Shown here: piece after piece, positions 47,739 through 58,040 of the stretch | Numbering within the stretch: the first letter of the stretch is position 1 | Layout: each line of letters starts with the position of its first letter | Virus record (IMG/VR): IMGVR_UViG_3300028883_000033 | Coordinates: 64,001-128,000 of that record | Length of the DNA stretch: 64,000 nt | Strand: one strand, 5' to 3' | DNA from: a virus | Notes under the pieces: generated by a model | Database searches by the model: none | What the model was told of the DNA's origin: nothing | The model's input: the letters and a program-made list of their open reading frames with translations, nothing else | Made by a program: the position numbers and the translations under genes

Positions 47739-49074
47739 ACTTTTTCTTCCTGTAGTTTGTAAGAACGTCTTTGAGTTCTTCAACGTAGACGTCCTTTCGC
47801 CTTTTTGGTGACTTGAGCAGCGACCGGTATTCCTTCATCAGAGCTTCAGCATCTTTCAGTTTCTGCTCCACCTTATTCTTCTCTTCTTCGGTGAAACGGT
47901 AAACAGGAAGATCGGCGATGTAGTCAATATAAACAATACCAATTTCCGTCAGGAACTCTTTGAGTTCGGACCGCGACCCAATTTTCTTCGCAACACCGCC
48001 CACGTTGCGGTTAATGGCTCGAAGTACATCTTTGTAGCGTTGGATATCAATTTCCAAAAGCCCGGCCAATCGTTCGTATCGTTTGACATACCAGCTTAAC
48101 CTCCAATCACAGAAATCTTGAATGATTTCTTGATAGTTAGTTGACCATACACTCTCGCCGTCAAAGTTAATGACGTTCATGTTTTCGCCAACGTTGTTTA
48201 ACAAACCCAAATAATTCAGAACGCCCATCTCATCTTTCATGGATTCATGTGATAGTGTTCCTTTTTTAAAGCGAACCTCGATGTTGTATGAGTCTCGAGA
48301 GTTGTCAGTATATTCCTGAATCTTTCCATCTTCCTCGAGCTTGTTGAGTTTCTCAACGTACTTTTCGTGAGTGGTTCCGTATGGAAGATTGGTAATACGA
48401 ATGGTTGTTGCATTAACCTTTTCATATTCGCCCAGGAAGGTATACTTGTACCCGCCAGTGCCAGTTTCTACCCAATCAACCGCCTTCTGTTTAATCGGAA
48501 CGAGCTCGGGCAGGTCTTCGTAAAAATCTCTACCTTCAAGATAATCTATTTGAGCCTTAATGATGCTGGGGAGGGAACGGGGGAGAATGCTCGAAGCAAA
48601 ACCTACTGCGATACCGTCTTGCGGATTCAGGAGGACAATAGGGATAAGCGGTAGGAAATGCTTCGGCTCCTCTAAAGTGCCATCATAATTTTCTTGCAGG
48701 GGAACTATTTCAATGTCACGAAAAACAACATCCTTTGTAAACTCACTAACCTTGACGCTAGTGTATCGAGCAGCACCATATGCTGTGGGCGCGAGCAGCG
48801 TACCGAATGCACCATCTCCATTAAGGAGTGGAATGTTGTTGCCGTAGGGAGCAGCTAATGTGTTAACAGCCCCCTCAGGAGATTGGTGAGGATGGATAGG
48901 CATTGTTGCGCCAGCAAGCGTTGCAGACTTGAACTTGCTTCCGTTTCTAGCTGTCCACAGCACTCTTCGCGCAGCAGCCTTTAGTCCATCCGCTGCGTGA
49001 GGAATAGCTCTCGATTGTAGAACGTATAGTGAATAATCTCTACGTTCATTGTTCACATATTCAGAACTTTTCAT
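47728..49074 (-). CDS. gp52: DNA topoisomerase II, GyrA/ParC-like subunit (gp52-like)
   Basis: RAIP...DGLK...RR, HPH, G.FG, AARY catalytic Tyr, GIAVG. Confidence 0.9.
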   Translation of the reverse strand: MKSSEYVNNERRDYSLYVLQSRAIPHAADGLKAAARRVLWTARNGSKFKSATLAGATMPIHPHQSPEGAVNTLAAPYGNNIPLLNGDGAFGTLLAPTAYGAARYTSVKVSEFTKDVVFRDIEIVPLQENYDGTLEEPKHFLPLIPIVLLNPQDGIAVGFASSILPRSLPSIIKAQIDYLEGRDFYEDLPELVPIKQKAVDWVETGTGGYKYTFLGEYEKVNATTIRITNLPYGTTHEKYVEKLNKLEEDGKIQEYTDNSRDSYNIEVRFKKGTLSHESMKDEMGVLNYLGLLNNVGENMNVINFDGESVWSTNYQEIIQDFCDWRLSWYVKRYERLAGLLEIDIQRYKDVLRAINRNVGGVAKKIGSRSELKEFLTEIGIVYIDYIADLPVYRFTEEEKNKVEQKLKDAEALMKEYRSLLKSPKRRKDVYVEELKDVLTNYRKKKYDV

Positions 49075-49265
49075 AAGATTGTCATAGCTCTATCATAATC
49101 ATCTTCAGGATCGTGCGAATGTTGCCTGAGGTACCTAGTCAGCCGATCAGCCATTTCGGCATGCTGTTCATCTCGAACTTCTTCGATAAATTCAAGAACA
49201 TCATCAGGTACGTGGTCGACACCATTCAATTCAATTTCGGTTGAGATAACTAGTTTAACTGACAT
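49071..49265 (-). CDS. Hypothetical protein
   Basis: Probable start MSVKLV with GGGAG SD. Confidence 0.5.
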   Translation of the reverse strand: MSVKLVISTEIELNGVDHVPDDVLEFIEEVRDEQHAEMADRLTRYLRQHSHDPEDDYDRAMTIL

Positions 49266-49929
49266 GTTCCATACTCTCCCATCGCGTTCTTGCAATTTCT
49301 ATCAAGCGGTGCCAATGCATTGGCTTATATTCGATAACCTCTACGCTAACATTTATGTGTCGTAGGCTGTTGGTGTCATACGCGTTGTGGATGTGTCCAT
49401 GAACATTAATCCAATCAGCTGGGCAGGTTTCGAACGGGAAGTGCGTAAACACCAAAGGTGGGCTCAACCCAGGGAGTGCGTAGATTAGATGTTTTTCCTT
49501 GAAGTGAAGATTCTTAACTTTACCTTTATTGATATCGTGGTTGCCAATAATAAGGATTCTATCGCCGTTGAGATTAGCAAGGATTTCATTTGCCCGCTGA
49601 TCCCCCATAAACGCAACGTCGCCAACCCATATGACAAGATCATCATCTCCAACCGTTTCGTTGTGATTTGTAATCAGTTGTTGAGACATATCATCTAAAT
49701 CGCAGAAAGGACGGTTGCAGTACTTGATGATATTTTTGTGTCCGAAGTGAGTATCACTCCACACCCAAATATTTTCATATTGAGGAGTGTGGTCAGCTTC
49801 CATTAGAGGAATTTGTTCGTAATGTGATACCTTTCGTACGCGCGGTCGCTTAGTCTTTCCACCATCATAAGAAACAAGTTTCTTTAGATCGTCTATGTAT
49901 AACTGACGTAAATGTTCAATCTCGTTCAT
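49255..49929 (-). CDS. Calcineurin-like metallophosphoesterase
   Basis: SDTHFGH, GD, GNHD, THFP, HGHIH. Confidence 0.9.
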   Translation of the reverse strand: MNEIEHLRQLYIDDLKKLVSYDGGKTKRPRVRKVSHYEQIPLMEADHTPQYENIWVWSDTHFGHKNIIKYCNRPFCDLDDMSQQLITNHNETVGDDDLVIWVGDVAFMGDQRANEILANLNGDRILIIGNHDINKGKVKNLHFKEKHLIYALPGLSPPLVFTHFPFETCPADWINVHGHIHNAYDTNSLRHINVSVEVIEYKPMHWHRLIEIARTRWESMEHVS

Positions 49930-49931
49930 TG

Positions 49932-50639
49932 TTATGACCAATAAGTGTATATCATTGGTTGAAGCTGCCATATTGTTTTTTCGTCAGTGAACATTTCCGT
50001 ATACCGGAAGAACTCAACCAAAACTTCGGGGATGACAACGTTGTATTTCTCAGTCCAGTGCAATTCGCACCCAAGTTTTTCTAAGGCCACTAATTGCAAA
50101 TCAAATTTATCTTCCCCGGCTGCGTTTCGGTACAAGTAAATTAACTGTTCGATTGTCCGATCAGCACGTTCGCCAGTTTCGTTGTTAATGTACCCATCGT
50201 AAGGGTATAACGGAACGTCGAGAACCTTCACTGAAGGCTCAATACCAATCCCAGCGTCATAGTAGTCGATGGTATCGTCGTATCGAGTCCACCTATTATC
50301 CGTGAATGGGGTAAAAGTTACAACATCCGGCAGCCCGCCTTCGTTTTCATATGATACGCAGTAGTGAATGTCTCTGAAGTGGCTCTCTTCGAAATCTCTT
50401 TGGAGCATTAATGCTAACGCGAAATGTTCGTATGGATCACTTTCATCGACTAATCGTTGGCAGTGTTGTTTAAACCCTTCTGTCGTCCAACGGTCTTCCC
50501 TCTCGGACCAGTCTGTGTGCCACCAACCATTGGGATTAAAGCGAGGGTCGTCAACTTCTCTTGTTCCGTACTTGTCGACCTCTTTGGTTTTTAGGTCAAC
50601 TAACCCATACCCAAGAACTTTATGAATTCGGATTCCCAT
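49932..50639 (-). CDS. Hypothetical protein
   Basis: 235 aa; GIRIHK.LGYG ... PMIYTYWS. Confidence 0.65.
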   Translation of the reverse strand: MGIRIHKVLGYGLVDLKTKEVDKYGTREVDDPRFNPNGWWHTDWSEREDRWTTEGFKQHCQRLVDESDPYEHFALALMLQRDFEESHFRDIHYCVSYENEGGLPDVVTFTPFTDNRWTRYDDTIDYYDAGIGIEPSVKVLDVPLYPYDGYINNETGERADRTIEQLIYLYRNAAGEDKFDLQLVALEKLGCELHWTEKYNVVIPEVLVEFFRYTEMFTDEKTIWQLQPMIYTYWS

Positions 50640-50805
50640 CTTTTTCTTTTAGCCTCTTTTCCAGTTGTCGAATTCTCCAATACATCCACACTGCACAACT
50701 ACGGTCGTGGAAATGGGGGTCGGGTGTTTTTGTCAAACAAGTACAGCCGCCGACGGGGTATTCGGGATCCTCATCTGGTAAATCTTCGTAGTCAATTTTC
50801 TTCAT
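50620..50805 (-). CDS. Small Zn-binding hypothetical protein
   Basis: CTC...H...C. Confidence 0.45.
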   Translation of the reverse strand: MKKIDYEDLPDEDPEYPVGGCTCLTKTPDPHFHDRSCAVWMYWRIRQLEKRLKEKDGNPNS

Positions 50806-52675
50806 TTGTTTGTAGCCACTCTTTTCTGGCATCGGAATCGTTGCTAAACAACAACTTCAACGTATCTTGCATTTTACCATCATCGGTAATTGGTATCAAG
50901 GTATTAGTTTCGCCTGAAAGAATCATCTCCCAGTCTTTCTGGACCATACTGCCAAGACCCTTATAGTAGCTTATCGACCAGCCCTTGTGTTTAGATTTTG
51001 CTTGTTCGAATTCATTCCGTGTTGGGAAGTGAATCCTTTTATCTCCTTTCACTGCACATACGTTTGGTGCTACCAACCGATAGACGAAAGGATCGTAGTT
51101 GGGGTCGAATAGTTCAGGCCAATACGTGTAGAATAGATTAACAAGAAGGGTAAAGATATCACCACCGTCTACATCAGCATCTGTGGCGATGACGACCCGC
51201 CCATAGTTCAACTCACTCCTCAATGCTCGCTGGCCAGGAACCAAACCAATGGCAGTAATCAGGTCAGTAACCTTACCCATCTTCAATAGCTGTGCTACAG
51301 TAGACCCATATACGTTATTAATCTTACCTGTTAAAGGGTAGGATGCGTGTATCCTAGGATCTCTCGCTTGGGTAATCATACTGGCCGCAGAAAGCCCTTC
51401 CGTAACCAACAATTGAGTTTCCCACCGGTTCTTGCTTGTAGCATCAATCAAACCTGGAACTTTTTTCTTGAGGTTCTTTTGGTGTTCTTTAACGGCTTTC
51501 TTGTTGGCGTTAGCGTGGTACCGAACCATCGCCCGTTCGAGAACGGTTGATAGCCAGTCCTTATTCTTGCGCATAAAGGATGCCCACTGAGCATCAATCA
51601 TGTCACTAACTTCTTTGCGTAAGTTAGGACCCGTTAGTCGCGTTTTCGATTGTGCGTCGTATTGAGGGTCCGACAACCGAAGATTTCCGATGACCAGTAA
51701 GTGGTTACGGACATCGTTCTTGGTAACTTCGCATTTTGCTTTTTTTGCTTCTCTTGAGAGCTGGTTGATTGTTCTGTCGTAGAACGCATTAAGAAATTGC
51801 GTGTTACATAATCCACCATCGAAGAGAAGCGAGCTGTTAACCCACGAATATACTTGTTCATCCAATCCCTCGTTTACGTCGAACACGACGTAGAATTCCA
51901 TTCCATCTGCTTCGAACTTGAAATAGTCCTTTGAAATCTTTTTGATAATTTCCTCGAAGCCCTTTCGGTACTTATATCGTTTGCCGTTGTATTCGGCTGT
52001 AACGCCTGGGTTGGTTAGAGCGATTTCGATCGCCCTATTTTCCATCAACTGCTCTGGTAGTGTAATATCGTCAAATACCTCAGGGTCGAGCTGAAACTCG
52101 ATCGTGGTACCAGACTTTGCGCTTCCTTTGCGAATTGAGGGCTTGGTGACGTGATTCGCTCCGTTGCTAAACGTTTGGCGGTACCGCTTATTGTCGCGAT
52201 GAATGTCAATCTTGAATTCAGTGCTACAGAAATTAACACAAGCGGATCCGACGCCATTCTGACCAATAACTCCAGCCTCTTTATCATCGTCAAAGTTGCG
52301 GCCAGAACGCAATTGACCAAATACTACTTCTGGTGTGTGTGGTCCAGTTTCGTGCTTGCTAATTGGAACACCTCGACCATTGTCAGAAATTGTGTACATC
52401 CCAAGAACTGGATGAGCATCGATCGTAATGTGTTTGCCAGCTAGAGACGTCTGAGCGAATTCATCCAAGCAGTTATCAATGATTTCGCCGACCGCTTTAT
52501 ACACGGCAGGAATGAATGTGATGTTTTGAACAGAAAACGTGTTGTTGAGAAACGACGGGACGGAGTAAGTCGTCTCTTTCATATTCCCAAGATAAATTTG
52601 TGTCCGCAATCTGACGTGATCGCGATCCGACAACACCTTAATGTCGTCTGCGGTATAGTTATTTTTGCGAGCCAT
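50792..52675 (-). CDS. gp39: DNA topoisomerase II, GyrB/ParE-like subunit (gp39+60 fused)
   Basis: EIIDN..DE, DNGRG, G.NG.G, TEG.SA, PL.GK, DAD.DG, YYKGLG. Confidence 0.92.
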   Translation of the reverse strand: MARKNNYTADDIKVLSDRDHVRLRTQIYLGNMKETTYSVPSFLNNTFSVQNITFIPAVYKAVGEIIDNCLDEFAQTSLAGKHITIDAHPVLGMYTISDNGRGVPISKHETGPHTPEVVFGQLRSGRNFDDDKEAGVIGQNGVGSACVNFCSTEFKIDIHRDNKRYRQTFSNGANHVTKPSIRKGSAKSGTTIEFQLDPEVFDDITLPEQLMENRAIEIALTNPGVTAEYNGKRYKYRKGFEEIIKKISKDYFKFEADGMEFYVVFDVNEGLDEQVYSWVNSSLLFDGGLCNTQFLNAFYDRTINQLSREAKKAKCEVTKNDVRNHLLVIGNLRLSDPQYDAQSKTRLTGPNLRKEVSDMIDAQWASFMRKNKDWLSTVLERAMVRYHANANKKAVKEHQKNLKKKVPGLIDATSKNRWETQLLVTEGLSAASMITQARDPRIHASYPLTGKINNVYGSTVAQLLKMGKVTDLITAIGLVPGQRALRSELNYGRVVIATDADVDGGDIFTLLVNLFYTYWPELFDPNYDPFVYRLVAPNVCAVKGDKRIHFPTRNEFEQAKSKHKGWSISYYKGLGSMVQKDWEMILSGETNTLIPITDDGKMQDTLKLLFSNDSDARKEWLQTNEEN

Positions 52676-52678
52676 GTA

Positions 52679-53101
52679 TTAGTCGTCTATGTATTCTGAT
52701 AATGGTAGGTTTAGTTCACGCTTTATTAGTGGTGCCCATTCATAAAAATTTTGTCCGTGTGACATTCTTCGGTGATACACCCATTCATATTGATGAACCA
52801 TCTCATGAACCAAGACGGTAATAAACTGTTTTCGATCTTCCAACTGTCGCCGGACACCCATGATAACATCATCAGTTCGAAGGACTGGCGATGTCCATCC
52901 GTATGAACCATCACGAAAGTTTCTGCACACAATATCTTTCGGTGGGTAGAGTATACCTCTGAAAACTGCGTGGTTCAACTGATACCACCAATGCAGTACG
53001 AACGTAGGGGTGACGTCGAGAAGTTCTTCCCCCCGTTTCTTGAGGTGTGATTTAATGCGTTTCCTGGCCGCTATTGTTTTTGTTGTGGCCTCGTTCGTCA
53101 C
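52679..53101 (-). CDS. SprT-like Zn metalloprotease domain protein
   Basis: LN..VF.G.L, HEMVH, HG..F. Confidence 0.8.
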   Translation of the reverse strand: MTNEATTKTIAARKRIKSHLKKRGEELLDVTPTFVLHWWYQLNHAVFRGILYPPKDIVCRNFRDGSYGWTSPVLRTDDVIMGVRRQLEDRKQFITVLVHEMVHQYEWVYHRRMSHGQNFYEWAPLIKRELNLPLSEYIDD

Positions 53102-54126
53102 TCTTTGCAGTATATCCTAGCGTTCAGCTCAGCCTCAAACCCCGAAGCTGTGTGTTGAGCAAGTGTCTGCATTACATACAACTTGCCATACTTTTGGACT
53201 GCCGCGCTAACATCTTTACAATCACCGAAGTCTGGTGTGCTTATACTCCAGCCGGCATCGATAGCCTGTTTCGCTGCACGGAATCCATCTCCGAATTGGT
53301 CTGGGATGTACACTTTCTTGCGCCTGGAACGATTTAACCATTTGATTTTCGTAGAAGAAAATTCGTTTCCGAATATTGCAACTCCATCTATAACGAAAGC
53401 ATCAAACCAGCCCTCTACTATGTATAGGGGGAGGTCATTATTTTCAAAAAGTTTGTCAAACCCATAAATGACGCGATCTCGACTAACTGCCGGACTTTCG
53501 TACTTTTTCAGTGCTTTTCCAGTTAAATCTCGACCAGTGTAAAAGATCACCTTATTGTCTTTGTAAATTGGGATAATTACACGTCCAAACCATTTCTTTA
53601 AGTGTGGGATGTCTGTCTTTTTGGACAGCATAAAGGGGTAACTGCTGGGATCTATCTCCCGGTCTTCGAGGTAGTATCGAGCAATCATCGCCCACTTATC
53701 ATCTTCGGTGGCTTCAGTAAGTGGGTAAAATGTATCAGGAAGTGGGACTTCCATGGGCTCGATTGACGTTTGGACTTCGCTAGCTTTTGCCGGTACAACT
53801 CCACTATCACGGTTCTTTAGCGCAGACCACAGCACTTGTTGCCATTCATCTTCGGGAATATTGAAATCCGCCATCACCTGCTGCATGTTGTTTGACATCA
53901 ACGGCTGCCCTTCTCGTCCTATGTGATTAGGATCATAAACAGCTTTGAGGGGGCAGTTGAAACAGTGGAATGCGACTTTATCGCCATCAAACTTGAATGC
54001 TGCTCGAGGGCCTTTCTTTCCATGATCGCAAGCAGTATGGAGCACAGGATACCATCCAGTGCCTGAAGGCATAGACGGTAGATGAACATATTGGCGAATT
54101 AGTTGTTCTAGGGTTACAGAGTCCAT
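53098..54126 (-). CDS. gp61: DNA primase (T4 gp61-like)
   Basis: Zn finger (H..C ... CFNC), RVIIP, GR, KY, TOPRIM VEG.FD, PD, KD. Confidence 0.88.
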   Translation of the reverse strand: MDSVTLEQLIRQYVHLPSMPSGTGWYPVLHTACDHGKKGPRAAFKFDGDKVAFHCFNCPLKAVYDPNHIGREGQPLMSNNMQQVMADFNIPEDEWQQVLWSALKNRDSGVVPAKASEVQTSIEPMEVPLPDTFYPLTEATEDDKWAMIARYYLEDREIDPSSYPFMLSKKTDIPHLKKWFGRVIIPIYKDNKVIFYTGRDLTGKALKKYESPAVSRDRVIYGFDKLFENNDLPLYIVEGWFDAFVIDGVAIFGNEFSSTKIKWLNRSRRKKVYIPDQFGDGFRAAKQAIDAGWSISTPDFGDCKDVSAAVQKYGKLYVMQTLAQHTASGFEAELNARIYCKE

Positions 54127-54132
54127 CCGGTA

Positions 54133-54161
54133 ATTATACCGAACGCAGAAAAGACAATCAA
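54133..54161 (-). promoter_or_regulatory. Sigma70-like promoter, ATG 6 nt after -10
   Basis: TTGATT-17-TATAAT-TACCGG-ATG. Confidence 0.75.
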
Positions 54162-54259
54162 CTCACTCCCAACTATCATCCATAAACCGGTAAATCCACA
54201 TATAACGATTTTTTGTACCCTTCATTTAGTACAATGTTTTTATTATTTGCATTTATCTA

Positions 54260-54607
54260 TCAACTTGGCCAATTGACGTCGGTTGAAGGGTCGTAAGCCT
54301 CGACCTGTGCAATTGGTACAGTCTGTACCTGATTGATCTTGTTTTTTGCATAAAGGTAAATGTCTTTTACCAGTGTGCCAGTTGCTGTTGGCGTAAATAA
54401 CGGAAAGATCATTTTCAACATCTTCACCTCCTCAAAGGTATCTACGTCTGGTAATACTGCTTGAATGCGTGTTAACGCATTAACCTTTATCTCTAATTTC
54501 TTTTCAGCACGGATACTTTCTTCCATGTCCGCTGCTATTTGAGCTAACTCCTCTGCTGTTTCTTCTACGAGTGTACTAGAGCCATCTTCATTAATTATTT
54601 GTTTCAT
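54260..54607 (-). CDS. Tail fibre assembly/chaperone-like protein
   Basis: Follows the fibre gene; E.TAEE leader and C-terminal WP; AGGAG SD. Confidence 0.55.
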   Translation of the reverse strand: MKQIINEDGSSTLVEETAEELAQIAADMEESIRAEKKLEIKVNALTRIQAVLPDVDTFEEVKMLKMIFPLFTPTATGTLVKDIYLYAKNKINQVQTVPIAQVEAYDPSTDVNWPS

Positions 54608-54618
54608 ACCATATTCTC

Positions 54619-57600
54619 CTATATTCCTGCTGTTTTAATGCCATATAAATAGTAATTTCCACTCACAAAATTGCCGCTACTCCATAGTAATTGGCAACCA
54701 TCAACCTTACCATTTTGTGGTGAAGCTATACGTTTTCCCCACATATGGGTAGCTGCTTGGGCGCTATTGAAGGCGGTCTCGTAAGAACTATACGACCACC
54801 ATGTTGATGATATACCATTTACATCAGCAGCATGGCAATGTATAACCGCATTGGTTCTGTCACCTGTATCTGTGCCTGCCCCAGTAGTTATCTGGAACGC
54901 GGTCTGGTTTGTGGAGTAAGTTGGTGCTGTCGCTACACTCTGTTCAGTATAGTCGTAAGTGGAAAGTGTTTTCACAGTACCGTTCTCTCGCGTTCTTAAC
55001 AGCAACTTAGCATTATTGGATGATGGGTGTGCATTGATTATTACGATCTTTAGCTCTGTGTAATCAGATGGGAAGGGGATAGTAATTGAAGATACTGCTC
55101 CTATCGCACCACTAGATATTACCTCCCATGCACCACCGCCACCAGATGATACTGCATCATCAACATATTTCTTATTAGGGATGTCGTCATCATCAGTAAC
55201 AAGTGTTTCATAGTCAGTTGTACCTGAAACATTTAATGTTCCATTATCCTCAATTATTAACGCTGTAGTTAAACTGCTACTAGTTTTAAAATGCAACTGT
55301 CCTTGAGTAGAACTTGCACCACGATAACTTGTGATTTCTGCCATAGAGTTGCCAGCAAGATCACGGAAGCGAATTGCAGCTTTATCAGAACTGTTTGCAT
55401 TGTTAGCACCATAAAGGTCTAACTCTCTTGCAGGACTTGCAATAGCACCTATAGCACACCTACTAGCAACGGCTATTTGCTGCGAACTATTAATTACTAA
55501 TGCTTCGGTTTTAGTACCTGTTCCAGTATAGAAGGTTGCATTGCCAGCCGATTCATCCCACTTAAAGAAGACATCAGCACCATTTCTCAACAGTAGATCG
55601 CCACCATTAGTGTGTGATGCACCATACGCAACCATATTCGCACCAGCTGCAGAACCACTTCCACCTGACAGTACTATTGCCGCATCACCATCTCTATGTA
55701 CTATAGAAAAGGTTCCACCATTACCAACATCCAATATGCTACCAGATAACTCAAACATAGGAGTCTTAGCAGCAGTACCAGTAGATATAGTTAAGGAGCC
55801 AGCTGACTCATCCCATTCAAAGAAAGGATTGTTGTTAGCTTGCAGTATGACATCATTCGCCAGCGTAGCGTGGGTGCTACCATACATGATAAGGCTTGAT
55901 GAGTTTGCTGAACTTCCTCCACTTCGAATAGTAAGAGACCCATCATTGACATACTTGTTGATGACAGTTCCACTTGCAGCGGTTAGCCCACCGACCGAGA
56001 TAATGTTATCAACAACCTGTATCATTTCAAAAGTAGCATTATCATCTATACCAATTGAAGTGAATGTTCCTGTTGATAACGAAGTGGTTACCAAATCAGG
56101 ATTAACTCTCAACCCAGCAGTTGAATTTTGCAATAATGTGCTATCAGTTTTAATATACAACTTAGCGTCTGTTCCGGTACTTGATGCGGAACCGTTTTCA
56201 GTTAATATCAAACCACCATTAGTTGCATCATATAAATCAATTCCAATCTCATCGCTCGGAAGTTCTTTAATACCGGCGCCAAGATTTGCGTTGATCGTCT
56301 CGCCGCTAATTTCTAAACCAACACCTGCTGTGATTGTACCAGGACCAGAAATAATTACCCATACGTCAGTATCATTGTGATACAAGTACGACTGACCGAA
56401 ATGAGAACAATCAGAGTTGTTACATAATACTGTAATACCGTCACGGATTTCTGGTTCCGCTGTACCGCCTGTAGAAACAACAGTTGCCTCTTCGACAGTA
56501 ACAGTTGCACCTGAAACGTTGGAAATAGTATACACACCGTTGCCAGCAGAACCACCAGCATATGTGAAAGTATTACCGACTTTCATCGAACGTGACTGAT
56601 CTGCAGCCATCGTAAAGTTGCTCGATGCATCGACAGAAGTTACAGCAAATGTAACTCCACCGGCACGACCGTGTGGGAAATCCCAGTTTGCAATCTGTCT
56701 TGGATCAGCACTAGTAGCACCAACGTAAACAGCAATGTCATCTTTGACCATACCAGAAGGAAGGGTTCCTTCGTTGTCTACAGATGCAACGTTGAACCCA
56801 ACGCCAATGCGTGTTTCGACGCCATCAATGTTACCATCAACTTCCCAGTGATAACCACCAGCACCGTCTGATGTCCAGTGAACCATGTCATATTCATTAA
56901 CTGATACACCACCAGTCCATGTTTGTGAATATGTACCACCATAAGCAATGTACATACCAGAAACGATAGGAGTTGATGGTTCTGATGAAACGATATCAAC
57001 TAAATCAGGCTGTGCAACAGGATCTTGCCATACCACACTACTTGAAACTAATGCATCAACATATGCTTTTGACGTTGCAGATGTAGCTCCTGAAGGAGTT
57101 GTAGGAAGACCGCTTACTTCACCACCACCTGTAAAGATCAAATTTGCGGCTGAATTCATAGTATCGCCAGCCTTCTCGACCCATACGTCACCAGCACCAC
57201 CTGCTTCTAACCCAGCGAGTTTTGTTTCCTCGGCAGATGTATATGATGCTGTAGTGTTTTGAAGAATCGTTGAGAATGCTTGGATTGTAGATCCGATATC
57301 AGCATCTTTGAGAATTGTGGCATCAGCTGGCTCGTAGTTGCTTGCAGCCGCTGCAATACCATTATCCACATATTGTTTGGTTGCAGCATCGTTGTTTGAT
57401 GCGGGGGCGGCAAGACCTGTGATTGATTCGCCGTTCATATTGAAACCGACCTGAACCTGGATTGGATTCGCGTCGGATGATGTCAGGTTATTTCCCGCTT
57501 GCAGTGAAAGAGTACCCTTCATTTGAATGATACCTGTTCCATCTGGCAAGAATTCAATATCTCCAGACCCTTGTGATTTTACCTGGATATTCTGATCATC

Positions 57601-57891
57601 ATCCGCAGATAGTACGATCGTTCCAGAACTCTCTTCGATAACCTTCTGGCCATTAACATATAACGATCCTGGGCCGATGAACACGTCCTGCCACATATGA
57701 GTAGCAGATCCTAGAGATCTGGTGTTATCAACATCAGGGATGATGTCCTGGCTTACCGCTGACAGATCCAACGCGTTGCTGATATCTGATATTGTTGTTT
57801 TGTAGGTAGTGCCGCCCTGGACTATTACAAGTTCTTCTGTTCCTGAAAGGGTACCGGCAGCCGGCAGCTCACTAATTTTTTTAGATGCCAT
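54619..57891 (-). CDS. Tail fibre protein
   Basis: KISELPAA N-terminus; DAATKQYVD, SKAYVD and NKKYVD motifs; duplicated YG..H...WDESAG module; C-terminal SG...LYG domain. Confidence 0.8.
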   Translation of the reverse strand: MASKKISELPAAGTLSGTEELVIVQGGTTYKTTISDISNALDLSAVSQDIIPDVDNTRSLGSATHMWQDVFIGPGSLYVNGQKVIEESSGTIVLSADDDQNIQVKSQGSGDIEFLPDGTGIIQMKGTLSLQAGNNLTSSDANPIQVQVGFNMNGESITGLAAPASNNDAATKQYVDNGIAAAASNYEPADATILKDADIGSTIQAFSTILQNTTASYTSAEETKLAGLEAGGAGDVWVEKAGDTMNSAANLIFTGGGEVSGLPTTPSGATSATSKAYVDALVSSSVVWQDPVAQPDLVDIVSSEPSTPIVSGMYIAYGGTYSQTWTGGVSVNEYDMVHWTSDGAGGYHWEVDGNIDGVETRIGVGFNVASVDNEGTLPSGMVKDDIAVYVGATSADPRQIANWDFPHGRAGGVTFAVTSVDASSNFTMAADQSRSMKVGNTFTYAGGSAGNGVYTISNVSGATVTVEEATVVSTGGTAEPEIRDGITVLCNNSDCSHFGQSYLYHNDTDVWVIISGPGTITAGVGLEISGETINANLGAGIKELPSDEIGIDLYDATNGGLILTENGSASSTGTDAKLYIKTDSTLLQNSTAGLRVNPDLVTTSLSTGTFTSIGIDDNATFEMIQVVDNIISVGGLTAASGTVINKYVNDGSLTIRSGGSSANSSSLIMYGSTHATLANDVILQANNNPFFEWDESAGSLTISTGTAAKTPMFELSGSILDVGNGGTFSIVHRDGDAAIVLSGGSGSAAGANMVAYGASHTNGGDLLLRNGADVFFKWDESAGNATFYTGTGTKTEALVINSSQQIAVASRCAIGAIASPARELDLYGANNANSSDKAAIRFRDLAGNSMAEITSYRGASSTQGQLHFKTSSSLTTALIIEDNGTLNVSGTTDYETLVTDDDDIPNKKYVDDAVSSGGGGAWEVISSGAIGAVSSITIPFPSDYTELKIVIINAHPSSNNAKLLLRTRENGTVKTLSTYDYTEQSVATAPTYSTNQTAFQITTGAGTDTGDRTNAVIHCHAADVNGISSTWWSYSSYETAFNSAQAATHMWGKRIASPQNGKVDGCQLLWSSGNFVSGNYYLYGIKTAGI

Positions 57892-57906
57892 GTGAAAGTT
57901 CCTGAA

Positions 57907-58011
57907 TTAATAGATTAAAAGATCACCGGATTCTGTCGTTAACATGAAACCGTCTTCGGTTAGCAGAATGAGCTCACCGTATCCCTGCTTATATTGAAAA
58001 ATTAAAAACAT
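57907..58011 (-). CDS. 34-aa peptide with LLTEDG/LTTESG motifs (not in ORF track)
   Basis: MFLIFQYKQGYGELILLTEDGFMLTTESGDLLIY; GGAG SD; between the late promoter and the fibre gene. Confidence 0.55.
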   Translation of the reverse strand: MFLIFQYKQGYGELILLTEDGFMLTTESGDLLIY

Positions 58012-58040
58012 TATAAATGCTCCAAACGAATAGTTTAGGG

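Noticed and set aside
47728-52675. Separated topoisomerase subunits as a mobile-element insertion
   Set aside because: The four intervening ORFs are coupled ordinary genes with no nuclease, transposase or terminal repeats.
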